Virus record (IMG/VR): IMGVR_UViG_3300012924_000001
Coordinates: 1 to 64,000 of that record
Strand: one strand, 5' to 3'
Source of the DNA: a virus
Length of the DNA stretch: 64,000 nt
Shown: positions 47,218 to 56,457 of the stretch, piece by piece
Numbering within the stretch: position 1 is the stretch's first letter
How the letters are laid out: every line of letters starts with the position of its first letter
Program-made: the position numbers and the translations under genes
The notes under the pieces: model-generated
Seen by the model: the letters and a program-made list of their open reading frames with translations, nothing else
Databases searched by the model: none
Told to the model about the DNA's origin: nothing

Positions 47218-47348
47218 CCGCTTGCCCTAAATTTTTTTTCGTATTTAATATAAATAACCTAAATTTAAAGCCAGATTTTAACCTATCGGCTTGGAAGACA
47301 TTACATAAAATCCTATGTTTATTATTCTTCACCTCTAAAATAAGGGTT

Positions 47349-47675
47349 ATGCATGTTGGTAATCTGCTTATAGATCGAGAAACATTATCAATAAGGATAC
47401 CAGGAACAGACCTAGCAAAAGAATGCACCCTGCGCGAGTTTCAGATATTAGAATTTTTATCTAATCATCAAAATCAGGCGGTATTATTTTCAGATCTAAT
47501 TGAAAAAGTGTTCCCAGTAGGAGACTTTTATGCAAAAAGGACCACTGAAGTCTATTTAAATATGCTTCGGAAGGTATTGTGCTGGGATGGCGGCCATTTC
47601 ATTAATATAATAAAAAAGGACAATATAATATCACTTACCGTTTCCCCCATTGCTGCTGAACGGCCGACAGTATAA
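47349..47675 (+). CDS. stand-alone OmpR/PhoB-type winged-helix DNA-binding protein
   Basis: TLREFQILEFL..LIEKVF..RTTEVYLNMLRK; no receiver domain. Confidence 0.75.
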   Translation: MHVGNLLIDRETLSIRIPGTDLAKECTLREFQILEFLSNHQNQAVLFSDLIEKVFPVGDFYAKRTTEVYLNMLRKVLCWDGGHFINIIKKDNIISLTVSPIAAERPTV

Positions 47676-47795
47676 GTTTTTTATCTTCACTATATGTACA
47701 GATTATTTGGTTAATCCTGAATAATCCAGTAATTTTCATAACTCAATAACCTACTCTACTCACGCTTTGTTTTTTTAAGAAAAAATACATTAAAT

Positions 47796-48347
47796 ATGAT
47801 GCAGGCATTTTCAGCTCCTACAGCGAGAGCTATTATTACACATGCAAAGAACAACTTGACAGATCTATTAATTGACATCACAAAGATTAGTGATTACGAA
47901 CGCCACAAGGATGCGCGTTCTGTTAATGAAAAGATACTCGCAGCAACCAGGACATTACACGATATAGACAAGCAGTTGTTCCAGCAGATAATGATAAGGC
48001 TCGAAGAAATAGAAACATCTGAGAACAAACGAGCTATCATGTATATTAATGGGAAGGGTATACTCCAGTTAACGGAGTATTTTTTTATGTCTACACATCT
48101 TGAGTCCGGGTTGAAGTTTCTCCCTCATATCAATAAAGAGAACGAAAGGGATAATGCTATATACTTCGTTGAGGCTACGGATGGTTTTCGTCTGGGCGAA
48201 AAGACAATGAATTTAGCGTCTGTTCTGGAACGCACCCATATATCATGCCCCAGTAAAGTCTTGTGGTCTCCGGTTAATGAGACAATTGAACAACATGAAG
48301 GGCAAAGAGCTTTTCGCTTAGAATTTTCGCAACCAATTTACGCATGA
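47796..48347 (+). CDS. hypothetical protein
   Basis: ORF track; A-rich start. Confidence 0.65.
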   Translation: MMQAFSAPTARAIITHAKNNLTDLLIDITKISDYERHKDARSVNEKILAATRTLHDIDKQLFQQIMIRLEEIETSENKRAIMYINGKGILQLTEYFFMSTHLESGLKFLPHINKENERDNAIYFVEATDGFRLGEKTMNLASVLERTHISCPSKVLWSPVNETIEQHEGQRAFRLEFSQPIYA

Positions 48348-49243
48348 GTACAAAGATACAGAATGAAGGGCAACTTCAGATCACCAAACGTCATCTACGC
48401 AGCTTTAAGGAATCGTGGCGGCAACTAATAACAGAGCCTATTCCTGAGAGCGTTCACCCTCTCGTGCATCAGGCGCAGATAGATGCTATTGAATACAAGA
48501 TAAAGGATTTTGAGCAAGAGATTGATGAATATAATAGGTATCAAGAATCATTAAATAAAAAGACCTTACTTACAATTAAACCCGTACAGATGTTAAAACT
48601 TAAACCTTTAGCCGTACCCTGGAGGCCTTCTAAAGATTTTGATCGAATTACTATTAATGAAATAGGTCGAATCAATTTTTGGTCTAGCAAGATTATGAAT
48701 GAGTTTGAATTTAATGGAGTAGAATTCTTTTCGTTTGCCATGGATACAGCTGATGAGGCTTCTAATAGTTCTGCCGTATTTTTGATGCCGAATTATGATC
48801 CTGAACAAAACAGTAGAATTAATCTTAACAGGACTGATAAACAGCAACCTTATATTATCATGAAAACACCATTGGATGTGTATCGTATACATTATCCAGC
48901 TACGGTTGATTACTCTATCATAAAATACCCTATCTTTGAATGGAGTGAAGAGGAGCAGAAGGAGGTATGGGCTTATGATATACCTGTGATAAAGCTGGAT
49001 ACTTCCTTTAGGAAGGCTAATAGTATACCTCTCACTAGAGATGAAATAGTTCAGCATAAAGGGACATTAGCGGCAAGCACTGAGCCACCACCACCACCAC
49101 CTCCTCCTTCACCAGAAAGCACTAAACCAAATCTGCCCCTCCCGCCACCACCTCCTCCTAAAAGAGCAATAGCAAAGACAACCGGAAAGAGCGCACAACA
49201 AAAAGGAAAAAAAAGAGGCCCATATAAGAAAGGGAAGAGCTAA
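48344..49243 (+). CDS. mosaic protein: antitoxin-like N-terminal coil, unknown domain, poly-Pro and basic tail
   Basis: IQNEGQLQITK..HPLVHQAQIDAI..EQEIDEY; PPPPPPP; KKRGPYKK. Confidence 0.6.
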   Translation: MSTKIQNEGQLQITKRHLRSFKESWRQLITEPIPESVHPLVHQAQIDAIEYKIKDFEQEIDEYNRYQESLNKKTLLTIKPVQMLKLKPLAVPWRPSKDFDRITINEIGRINFWSSKIMNEFEFNGVEFFSFAMDTADEASNSSAVFLMPNYDPEQNSRINLNRTDKQQPYIIMKTPLDVYRIHYPATVDYSIIKYPIFEWSEEEQKEVWAYDIPVIKLDTSFRKANSIPLTRDEIVQHKGTLAASTEPPPPPPPPSPESTKPNLPLPPPPPPKRAIAKTTGKSAQQKGKKRGPYKKGKS

Positions 49244-49259
49244 TTCATTATCTTTGGAA

Positions 49260-49325
49260 TATGGGTTGTGACAGGAAACGCCCATAACAAATGATAATGC
49301 CCACTGTAACAGGTGGGCATTTTTT
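49260..49325 (+). ncRNA. candidate sRNA P
   Basis: TATCTTTG(49249); ATGGG/CCCAT hairpin; terminator AATGCCCAC/GTGGGCATT plus T run. Confidence 0.55.
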
Positions 49326-49360
49326 AGATTCAATATTCACAACTCATAATATATAAAACA

Positions 49361-49897
49361 ATGTCTCCCACTGATAATAACAAACAGATCAAGGATTACT
49401 CATTTAATAATGGGGCGATATGCCTTTCATTTAAAAATGGCGATACTGTAAGATTACCGCTCATTGATATTTTGCAATCACGCGCTGGTGCGGATGTTAT
49501 AGCAAAAACAATGGTGAATATTGAGGAGTGGGGCATTTCCATCAATATTCCTCAAATTGATATCAATGTAGATGCCATTAGATTACTTTCTGACAAAGAG
49601 GGCTACATAAAGATAAAGATTGAAGAGGCGAAAAGTGAAGCAAAAAAGGTAGGAGCGAAGATCCAGTTTATCCGTGAAGAACGAAAAATATCAAAACAGA
49701 CTGTTGCTTCCTTCATAGATAGATCATATCAACATATATCCAAAATAGAAGCGGGGAAAGCTGATTTAACGTATCAGGATCTATTACAGATTCAGGCAGT
49801 TTTGGGATATTCTGAAGAGGAGTTCCTAGCTTTTGAATTGCCTTCGAAGACAGAAGAAACATCTCTGAAAGAAGAAGACCCTGAATTAGAGAAATGA
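49361..49897 (+). CDS. DUF2442-like domain fused to XRE HTH
   Basis: LSFKNGDTVRLPL..I.IPQIDINVD; IREERKISKQTVA..ISKIEAG. Confidence 0.6.
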   Translation: MSPTDNNKQIKDYSFNNGAICLSFKNGDTVRLPLIDILQSRAGADVIAKTMVNIEEWGISINIPQIDINVDAIRLLSDKEGYIKIKIEEAKSEAKKVGAKIQFIREERKISKQTVASFIDRSYQHISKIEAGKADLTYQDLLQIQAVLGYSEEEFLAFELPSKTEETSLKEEDPELEK

Positions 49898-49997
49898 TTT
49901 TGTCTATCTATTGGCTATATACCCGCTTCGGCGGGTATTTTTTAAACACATGCATATGGTTTTCGAAAGGCGTAAATCCGAATCAACTTTCCGACTA

Positions 49998-50414
49998 TTA
50001 TTTAACAGTGACATTTTTTATCATACGCAATTCATCTTCTTCTATTACGAAGGAATCACCTATAACTCGCGATATCATATCTATCAATAATCCCCAATTT
50101 TTTCCATCACTAATAACGGAAACACCTTTCCTTACATAAGGTGGAAATATTTTATTGATATGGGTCTCTCCATTATCAAAATCAATTCTCTTTGCAAAGA
50201 AAAAGACCATATCTTCAGGTGCATTTTTTTGGAGCGGGTCTGCTATTTTAATCAATAATTCCTGTGGAGTGATATTCTCATCGATCCTTCCTTCGATTTT
50301 TATTATTTCAAATTTCCCTATTACTTTAAACTGTTCAAAAACGTCCGCAGCCTGCATCAAAGATGTCATTTTTTTATGCTTAAAAATACAAGAAGCAATT
50401 AAAGTGAACTTCAT
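49998..50414 (-). CDS. hypothetical protein
   Basis: ORF track; operon packing. Confidence 0.6.
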   Translation of the reverse strand: MKFTLIASCIFKHKKMTSLMQAADVFEQFKVIGKFEIIKIEGRIDENITPQELLIKIADPLQKNAPEDMVFFFAKRIDFDNGETHINKIFPPYVRKGVSVISDGKNWGLLIDMISRVIGDSFVIEEDELRMIKNVTVK

Positions 50415-50415
50415 A

Positions 50416-51141
50416 TTAACGTTCTTTTATTCCCGGATAAAGATCTGTTACAAAATCGGATTGCCAGTATTCATGAGTATCCACGTCCATAATGGTAAGT
50501 TTACCATCCCATCCAGCCCCTGTATCTAAGTTCCATACGCCACCAGCATATAGTGGTTTCGCCTCTTTATTATTCCCGTTGTTAACGGCAGTGTGTCCGA
50601 TAAATATTTCAGAGAAATCATCAACAGTTTTAAGCTTGTTATTTTCACCTTTAACGCTTTGTGCTTTCTCCCAAAGGGATCTGTCCCAATAGTATATGTC
50701 TTCTGGTTGTCCTATAAATTGTATTTCCCTGTTGAAGCCTCCATGTACAAAGCATCTTCTTTTGTCATCTATATAGAACAATCTTTGTTTTTTAAAGAAC
50801 ATGCGATGTGACTTAGGGAAGCAATCTGGATTACATATTCCGTTTTCTTCAGAATATGACTTTAATGTTCCTAATCCTCCCTGTCTCCAAAAATCAGGAT
50901 GAAAATATGTTTCAAAGAATGCCCTAAGCCATTCATCGTGATTACCTCTTATAGCTATAAGGTTCTCTATTTTTAAAAGCTCATCTACACATTGTCTTAC
51001 TTCTGCCCATCCATCCGCAATATCACCTAATGGAATAAGTGTATCATTTTGATAGTCAAACGCGCATCTTTCAAGACACTGCATAAGCGCTTTGTAGGCT
51101 CCATGTATATCACCTATTGCAAGTGTGCGGCCTTTCTTCAT
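50416..51141 (-). CDS. calcineurin-like metallophosphoesterase (lambda Ser/Thr phosphatase-like)
   Basis: GDIHG, LGDIADG, RGNHD, VHGG, GHT, LDTG motifs. Confidence 0.9.
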   Translation of the reverse strand: MKKGRTLAIGDIHGAYKALMQCLERCAFDYQNDTLIPLGDIADGWAEVRQCVDELLKIENLIAIRGNHDEWLRAFFETYFHPDFWRQGGLGTLKSYSEENGICNPDCFPKSHRMFFKKQRLFYIDDKRRCFVHGGFNREIQFIGQPEDIYYWDRSLWEKAQSVKGENNKLKTVDDFSEIFIGHTAVNNGNNKEAKPLYAGGVWNLDTGAGWDGKLTIMDVDTHEYWQSDFVTDLYPGIKER

Positions 51142-51145
51142 TCAT

Positions 51146-51601
51146 TTATTGTTTTAACAGTAATGTTATAGCAGAGGGATTATAGTCCCATTTGTTTAAT
51201 GGATTATAGTTCCATTCGTTTAAGATTTTTAATCTCCTTACCCATATGGGTATCGCCGGGTTAAACTGTATTTTACATATTGTCTTCCATCCGCGTGGTA
51301 TTTCAGGCACTAGATTACCAAATTGTGTGAAGCAGTATAATATTTTTACTGAAAGAGCGCAAGGGTCAGATAATAACTGCATTTTGTCTTGTTCTATTAA
51401 GGACGCAAACGAACACCCTGTTGGGATACTTTCATAGGCATAATCAATAAAGAACCATCCTTCATTATATCTTGACATAAGCGCATCCACAATATCCTCT
51501 TTATTGAGCCTTCCCCATTTAAAGTGACCAGTTGCCAATAACGCAGGGAATACATGACCTTGTAATGTTAACGGATAGTATACGGCATCTTCATTTTGCA
51601 T
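51146..51601 (-). CDS. hypothetical protein
   Basis: ORF track. Confidence 0.6.
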   Translation of the reverse strand: MQNEDAVYYPLTLQGHVFPALLATGHFKWGRLNKEDIVDALMSRYNEGWFFIDYAYESIPTGCSFASLIEQDKMQLLSDPCALSVKILYCFTQFGNLVPEIPRGWKTICKIQFNPAIPIWVRRLKILNEWNYNPLNKWDYNPSAITLLLKQ

Positions 51602-52175
51602 ATGGTAAAATCATTTGATGTAAGCGGCCTTCCTTGTGAAAGCTTGTGATGGCTCCCATAAAGGCTTCCCGGTACAAATTAAAGGCTGTGATTGCCGGAA
51701 TAGCCTCTTTATTGTTTTTAATATCGCACAGTTCTGGAGGGCTAATTACATGATAAGACCTGCAAATTATGGGGCGTGCTTCATATATGGTACACTCATT
51801 GTCTTTAAGAAAGACACAGGCCGATACATCTGAGTGTAATAGCTTGTTAATAGAAAGTTTATTCTGACGTAACAAGTGGTTTTTATCTATGGCTATATTA
51901 TGTTTTCTGCAATACTCAACAATGATTGCCACCTCCTCCGTGTAAGTTGGAATATCATGATGACAACAAAAGGAGCATCCTTTTTTGCAAGAATATTGAA
52001 CCTTTGCGTTTGTGGATACCTCTTCATTAATATAATCTACTTTTGTAATAGCCCAACGAAATGCCTGCAACTTGCCAACCATTTTAATGAGTTGACCATA
52101 TTTTATTTTCCATTCAGCATACCAGTCTAATGATTCAGGATTATTTGCTATCCAGGATAAGATTTCTTTTTTCAT
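51591..52175 (-). CDS. YkgJ-family cysteine-cluster protein
   Basis: CKKGCSFCC..CVFL..CTIYEARPIICRSY. Confidence 0.85.
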   Translation of the reverse strand: MKKEILSWIANNPESLDWYAEWKIKYGQLIKMVGKLQAFRWAITKVDYINEEVSTNAKVQYSCKKGCSFCCHHDIPTYTEEVAIIVEYCRKHNIAIDKNHLLRQNKLSINKLLHSDVSACVFLKDNECTIYEARPIICRSYHVISPPELCDIKNNKEAIPAITAFNLYREAFMGAITSFHKEGRLHQMILPYAK

Positions 52176-52199
52176 AATAATATTGGTTTAGATGAAAAA

Positions 52200-52790
52200 G
52201 AAAAGGGGAACATAGCCCACGTTGCCGGATATTGCTCTCGGGTATCTTCCGACCCTCCGGAGGTTGATTTGGCCTTACGCTTTTGGACAGCTGCCTCAGC
52301 CATGTGGACGCACCCGCTATCAGCCCTTTCGGTATGTTCCCAAGAAAATTGGCCACCGTAGTTTTTCGGCATCTTTAGCTACTAGATGTTAGAATCTATC
52401 CGTTAGGACAAGCCCTGATTTTTGCGGCCAATATAATAAAGTGAAGAACTTTTAAAGATTCCTGAGCGTGTCCCTTCGGCAGTAAGCGCCGGACATCCTG
52501 CAAACCCGCCCTGACTTCGACAGTGTGCCAGACCGGAATAAATGGTTAAGAGAAAGACTACTTCCGCGGGCCTCTCCCATATTATTCTAGCTTCCTGGTA
52601 GTAACCCCCGCCGTCCTTACATTTCAGGCTGCCATTGGGATCATTAAATAAAGTTCCCGCATGATATACAGCTCTCAGGAATCCAATAAAATAAAGATCT
52701 TAAAGAAAACCCCCTCCGCACCTCATTTCTCTCAGCGCCGAGATATCCCCCATAAAGACGGATAGCGGAAGGGGTTTAGCAGGAATTGAC
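52200..52790 (-). ncRNA. large multi-domain structured RNA (~590 nt) or tandem structured RNAs
   Basis: Minus-strand TATCTTTA promoter at ~52794-52801; four closed domains separated by U-rich linkers; G-U pairs favour minus strand; GNRA-type loops. Confidence 0.7.
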
Positions 52791-52810
52791 GTTTAAAGAT
52801 AAGAGATTAT

Positions 52811-53140
52811 TTATTTTGTACCAACCTTATTACGAAAAGTATTGTAATCAGCAGCAGAAAGAAATCCTTTTTTACATCCTCCATTTAATGTCTTTTGATA
52901 TTGTACTATTCGGGGGCTGTTTTCTGGTAAAGGAGTCAAATCCGTGCGTAATTGATCAAGAACGCGCTGAAGTATCTTAGGAGGCACTTCTCCCTCTGCC
53001 AGGGTAGCAGTAGTGCAGGTTATGTGAAAGATACAGGCCTTATTAAGAATAAACGCCTTCGCTGTGCTCAGTCCAGGAACTGAATCTATTTTTCTTGCCT
53101 TTACGTGGATACCATCTACAGAAAAATTTGAATTACGCAT
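52811..53140 (-). CDS. hypothetical protein
   Basis: ORF track. Confidence 0.55.
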   Translation of the reverse strand: MRNSNFSVDGIHVKARKIDSVPGLSTAKAFILNKACIFHITCTTATLAEGEVPPKILQRVLDQLRTDLTPLPENSPRIVQYQKTLNGGCKKGFLSAADYNTFRNKVGTK

Positions 53141-53159
53141 AGTGATTGGGTTTAGTGAT

Positions 53160-53453
53160 TTAGTGCTTTAAAAGGTCAACCATATTGATTATTTCGGCTA
53201 ACCCATATTGAAAGAAAAGAAAGTCTTTATAGGGATTGGCCATTAGGGTGAAACGGACTTTTTTATCTGTCAATTCTTTTGCTATTGCTGCTTGTTCGGG
53301 AACTAAGTAAGTATATCTTTGGTTTTTCTCGGTGCCCCAAAGGATACAGGCCATTCCAGATGCCTTACATATTATTACCTTTCCTTCGAGTACTTGAGCG
53401 TAGTATTTGGAGGGTTTAGGAGACCGCAATTGGGAATCGGTATCTTGAGGCAT
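53160..53453 (-). CDS. hypothetical protein
   Basis: ORF track. Confidence 0.55.
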   Translation of the reverse strand: MPQDTDSQLRSPKPSKYYAQVLEGKVIICKASGMACILWGTEKNQRYTYLVPEQAAIAKELTDKKVRFTLMANPYKDFLFFQYGLAEIINMVDLLKH

Positions 53454-53526
53454 TTTGCGCTTTTTCCGTAATTTAATAATATTATATTATAAAATAGGTT
53501 TTTTGGAGTGAAAAATTATGAATACC

Positions 53527-53766
53527 TTGGGCATACAATTAGGCATACAGAAAAACATCGTTTTGAAGATAGGCCACCATGGCTGTCAGGCAAGAAAGTA
53601 GCTAAAATTCCACGTTATGCACAATACTTCCACTCAGTTCCACGTTATCTGCTAAAAATGGCCACAATAAAGGGTTATATGGGAATGGGACAAAAAATAA
53701 AGTGCTGCAAAATGTATTATAATTGAAAGAAAAGAGTTAGTTTTAGGCATACAATTAGGCATACAA
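53527..53766. mobile_element. attP-like region
   Basis: Tandem GGCATACA arm-type pairs at 53527-53550 and 53743-53766 directly upstream of the integrase; TTCCAC repeats at 53608, 53628, 53638. Confidence 0.75.
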
Positions 53767-53782
53767 ATAAACCTCTACAGAT

Positions 53783-55189
53783 ATGGCAGAAACTCCCACT
53801 CTCATTGTGATTAACAAGTATTACTCCGTTTCCTTTTATTGCGACGATCTCAAGCCGATGGACAACCGTTTACGCTACCCGACAGGAGTCAGGGCAACGG
53901 AGTCCATTTCGAAAGCGGGGCAGGAAAAAATAGATCAAATAAAGGATGATATTATGGAATATGTCTCCACCAGGAGGAGGCGAAAAAAAACAGTTCTCAA
54001 GCTGGAGTTAAAGACATTCCTTGACGAACAAAGAGGTATTTTTCTTCCGCTACCTTCTGAATCAATCGTAGCTTCAGAAGCTGAATCAAACGTAGCTTTA
54101 GAGGCCATTAAGGATCTTGTGCAAGATCACAAGGATATGATAGCCCAAATGCGGAAAGGGAATATCTTAAAAAAAGATGGCGGTGTCTATAGTCCCAATG
54201 CGTGTGATCAGTATGAGAGGATAAGAGCGCGTTGGCAAGACTGCGAGATAGCAACCAAAAACGCTGAAAATAAATTTACACTGTCCTATTTGATTACTAT
54301 TGACGACTGTAAGGCCTTACAATTGTGGCTGACCCAGCAAAAGTATAGCAAAAACACCATATATGATACGCTCAATGTTCTCAAGATATACTTGAAGTGG
54401 TCTCACAAAGAAAAATATCATCAAAACGAAGTTTTTAAAGAGATGTGTGACAGAATGAGCTTTTCCCCAGAGGTTGCTGATGCCATTGCTCCTTCTTTTG
54501 ATGAAGTTTATGCTTTATACACAAAGCATTTCGATAATACAAATGAAGAGCGTGCCAGAGACTTTTTTATTTTGGGCTGTTTTTTAGGGTTACGTGTAAA
54601 TGATCTGTATCGTATTAATGATTATTTGCTGCTCCTGCATTCTGATGGCTATTATTATTTTGATATCTTCACTCAAAAGGGGCAGAAGACAGTCTCTATT
54701 CCGGCCCACTATATAGCTCGTGAAATATATAATAAATACAGGGGCAATAAAAGTTTATGTGGGGATAATCAATTTGGGCCATTTGAACTATCAAGAATAC
54801 CAAAACAATGGCGTAAATTATACAAGCCTGGATTATTACCTGTATTCCATAAAAGCAATCTTGCTCAATATCTCCCTAAGATATGTAAAGAGACAATAAA
54901 AGGAAGCGCACTAATAACAATGACAAAAGGAGGTATAAAGGAAGCGCATCATTATGAAAGATGTGATCTAATGACTCCCCATACGATGAGGCGATTTTTT
55001 GCGACTTATATGTACTGTGATATGCATTTGTCTGCTGCGGAGGTAATGGAGTTTACTGGACACAAAACAGAAGAGAGCTTTTTTAGGTATATAAAAATAG
55101 ATCGCCAAAGAACAGTAAAGAAGGTTGCAAATATGATAGCTTTTACGGGACCAGTCGAACTTTCTTCCAATCTTTCCGTGGTAGCGTAA
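53783..55189 (+). CDS. int: tyrosine recombinase/integrase
   Basis: GLRVND, TQK, HTMRRFFAT, TGH..F.RYI catalytic set. Confidence 0.92.
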   Translation: MAETPTLIVINKYYSVSFYCDDLKPMDNRLRYPTGVRATESISKAGQEKIDQIKDDIMEYVSTRRRRKKTVLKLELKTFLDEQRGIFLPLPSESIVASEAESNVALEAIKDLVQDHKDMIAQMRKGNILKKDGGVYSPNACDQYERIRARWQDCEIATKNAENKFTLSYLITIDDCKALQLWLTQQKYSKNTIYDTLNVLKIYLKWSHKEKYHQNEVFKEMCDRMSFSPEVADAIAPSFDEVYALYTKHFDNTNEERARDFFILGCFLGLRVNDLYRINDYLLLLHSDGYYYFDIFTQKGQKTVSIPAHYIAREIYNKYRGNKSLCGDNQFGPFELSRIPKQWRKLYKPGLLPVFHKSNLAQYLPKICKETIKGSALITMTKGGIKEAHHYERCDLMTPHTMRRFFATYMYCDMHLSAAEVMEFTGHKTEESFFRYIKIDRQRTVKKVANMIAFTGPVELSSNLSVVA

Positions 55190-55418
55190 TCTCTTTCCCT
55201 GCTCGAAGGCCTTTAATGTTAAGTTTCTTCATCTTATTACGCAACGTCCTCTTACAACAGTTAAACTCCTCAGATGCTTGTCCAAGCGTAAGCTCCTCCC
55301 AATCGGGAGGAGCTTTTTGTTCTTCCTTCCACCCCTGTTTTGCTTTCTCTATGGCCTCATTGATCATATCCTGTAGATCACTACGAGTGAGGCCTATAAC
55401 TTCAATACGCTGGATCAT
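55143..55418 (-). CDS. excisionase-like HTH protein
   Basis: ELTLGQASEEFNCCKRTL..; converges on int. Confidence 0.7.
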   Translation of the reverse strand: MIQRIEVIGLTRSDLQDMINEAIEKAKQGWKEEQKAPPDWEELTLGQASEEFNCCKRTLRNKMKKLNIKGLRAGKEITLPRKDWKKVRLVP

Positions 55419-55420
55419 GG

Positions 55421-55852
55421 TTATAAATTTACTTGGATATCCAATTTATTTAGTTGCCGTATAATATATAAGCGTTCTGCTTCTTTGTGAGCGACTATTA
55501 CCCCCAGGATCTGAAGTACAATCACCTCCGAAAGTACTATTGAAAACAATTCTTTTTGTTGATCTTTTTTTTGGTTGCCAAGCGTATTCCATGTAGATGG
55601 AAACATTCCCGGTTGAAACATTGCTAAATCATTTAATAGTTGATTTTTATTCATTCCCATAATAAGGCTCCCGTCATCATCAAAAAGGTCTTTTTTTATT
55701 TCTTCCTGTTTTGTGTGCGATAGATCCATTTTTATCTTCAGATCGTTGTCTTTAATATTTGATGCATACTTTGCAAGTGAATTGATTTCTTTGCTTATGA
55801 TTTCAAGGTTACGAAAGAGTAGATTGGCGCTTTCTAAGTCTGTTATTTTCAT
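55421..55852 (-). CDS. hypothetical protein
   Basis: ORF track. Confidence 0.65.
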   Translation of the reverse strand: MKITDLESANLLFRNLEIISKEINSLAKYASNIKDNDLKIKMDLSHTKQEEIKKDLFDDDGSLIMGMNKNQLLNDLAMFQPGMFPSTWNTLGNQKKDQQKELFSIVLSEVIVLQILGVIVAHKEAERLYIIRQLNKLDIQVNL

Positions 55853-55862
55853 GTATTTTATT

Positions 55863-56105
55863 TTACCAAGAAATAATATGTTCAGTTTCGTTATTATGAG
55901 TCATTGTTTTTACATGGTATTCAGCAGCTTCTAACATTGATATTACTTGAAACGGCAACGGCCCGTCTATATTGATGCTATAAGCTTCTACACGTTGTAG
56001 TAGCTCTCTTATCATATCAATTATAAGGGCATATTCTTTTATGTGTTGAGCACTTATTTTCAATGCCATTTCTGTTGCCATTTTTCTAGCTTCTTTTGCG
56101 TCCAT
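55863..56105 (-). CDS. hypothetical protein
   Basis: ORF track. Confidence 0.65.
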   Translation of the reverse strand: MDAKEARKMATEMALKISAQHIKEYALIIDMIRELLQRVEAYSINIDGPLPFQVISMLEAAEYHVKTMTHNNETEHIISW

Positions 56106-56106
56106 A

Positions 56107-56448
56107 TTAATTAACTATATAGTTTAAGAATTTTAGTTGCACTTTTATCTTTGTAATCTCATGTTCCTCCTGCCATTTCTTTAATACCTTCTTTTCTTCC
56201 GGATTCTTACTGTCCAGATATGGACACTTCTCCATAAGATCATTATACTTTTGTTTCAGAGCACGTATTGATCCTGTTATATATTCGGCTTTAGGCGAAC
56301 TTTCCAAATATATTACCACTTTGTTCAAGAACTGCAATCGTTTCTTAGCGGCAGAGATAGCACGTTTGCCATCCGTAACCGGGCTAAGTTGAAGTGCAAG
56401 TTCATGCTGCTCCATGAAGGCTTGTTTAACATCGAGAAGTGTTTTCAT
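56107..56448 (-). CDS. hypothetical protein
   Basis: ORF track. Confidence 0.65.
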   Translation of the reverse strand: MKTLLDVKQAFMEQHELALQLSPVTDGKRAISAAKKRLQFLNKVVIYLESSPKAEYITGSIRALKQKYNDLMEKCPYLDSKNPEEKKVLKKWQEEHEITKIKVQLKFLNYIVN

Positions 56449-56457
56449 GAGTATTTT

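Noticed and set aside
52141-52372. ORFs of 71 and 66 aa
   Set aside because: Overlap each other and the structured RNA; no protein features
52200-52790. Group I intron, hammerhead or tmRNA
   Set aside because: AGACTA/TAGTC occurs only once, so no P7 pair; CTGATAG is not the CUGANGA core; no tRNA-like ends; no interrupted gene
53508-53726. 72-aa ORF
   Set aside because: Lies across the attP-like repeats; likely spurious
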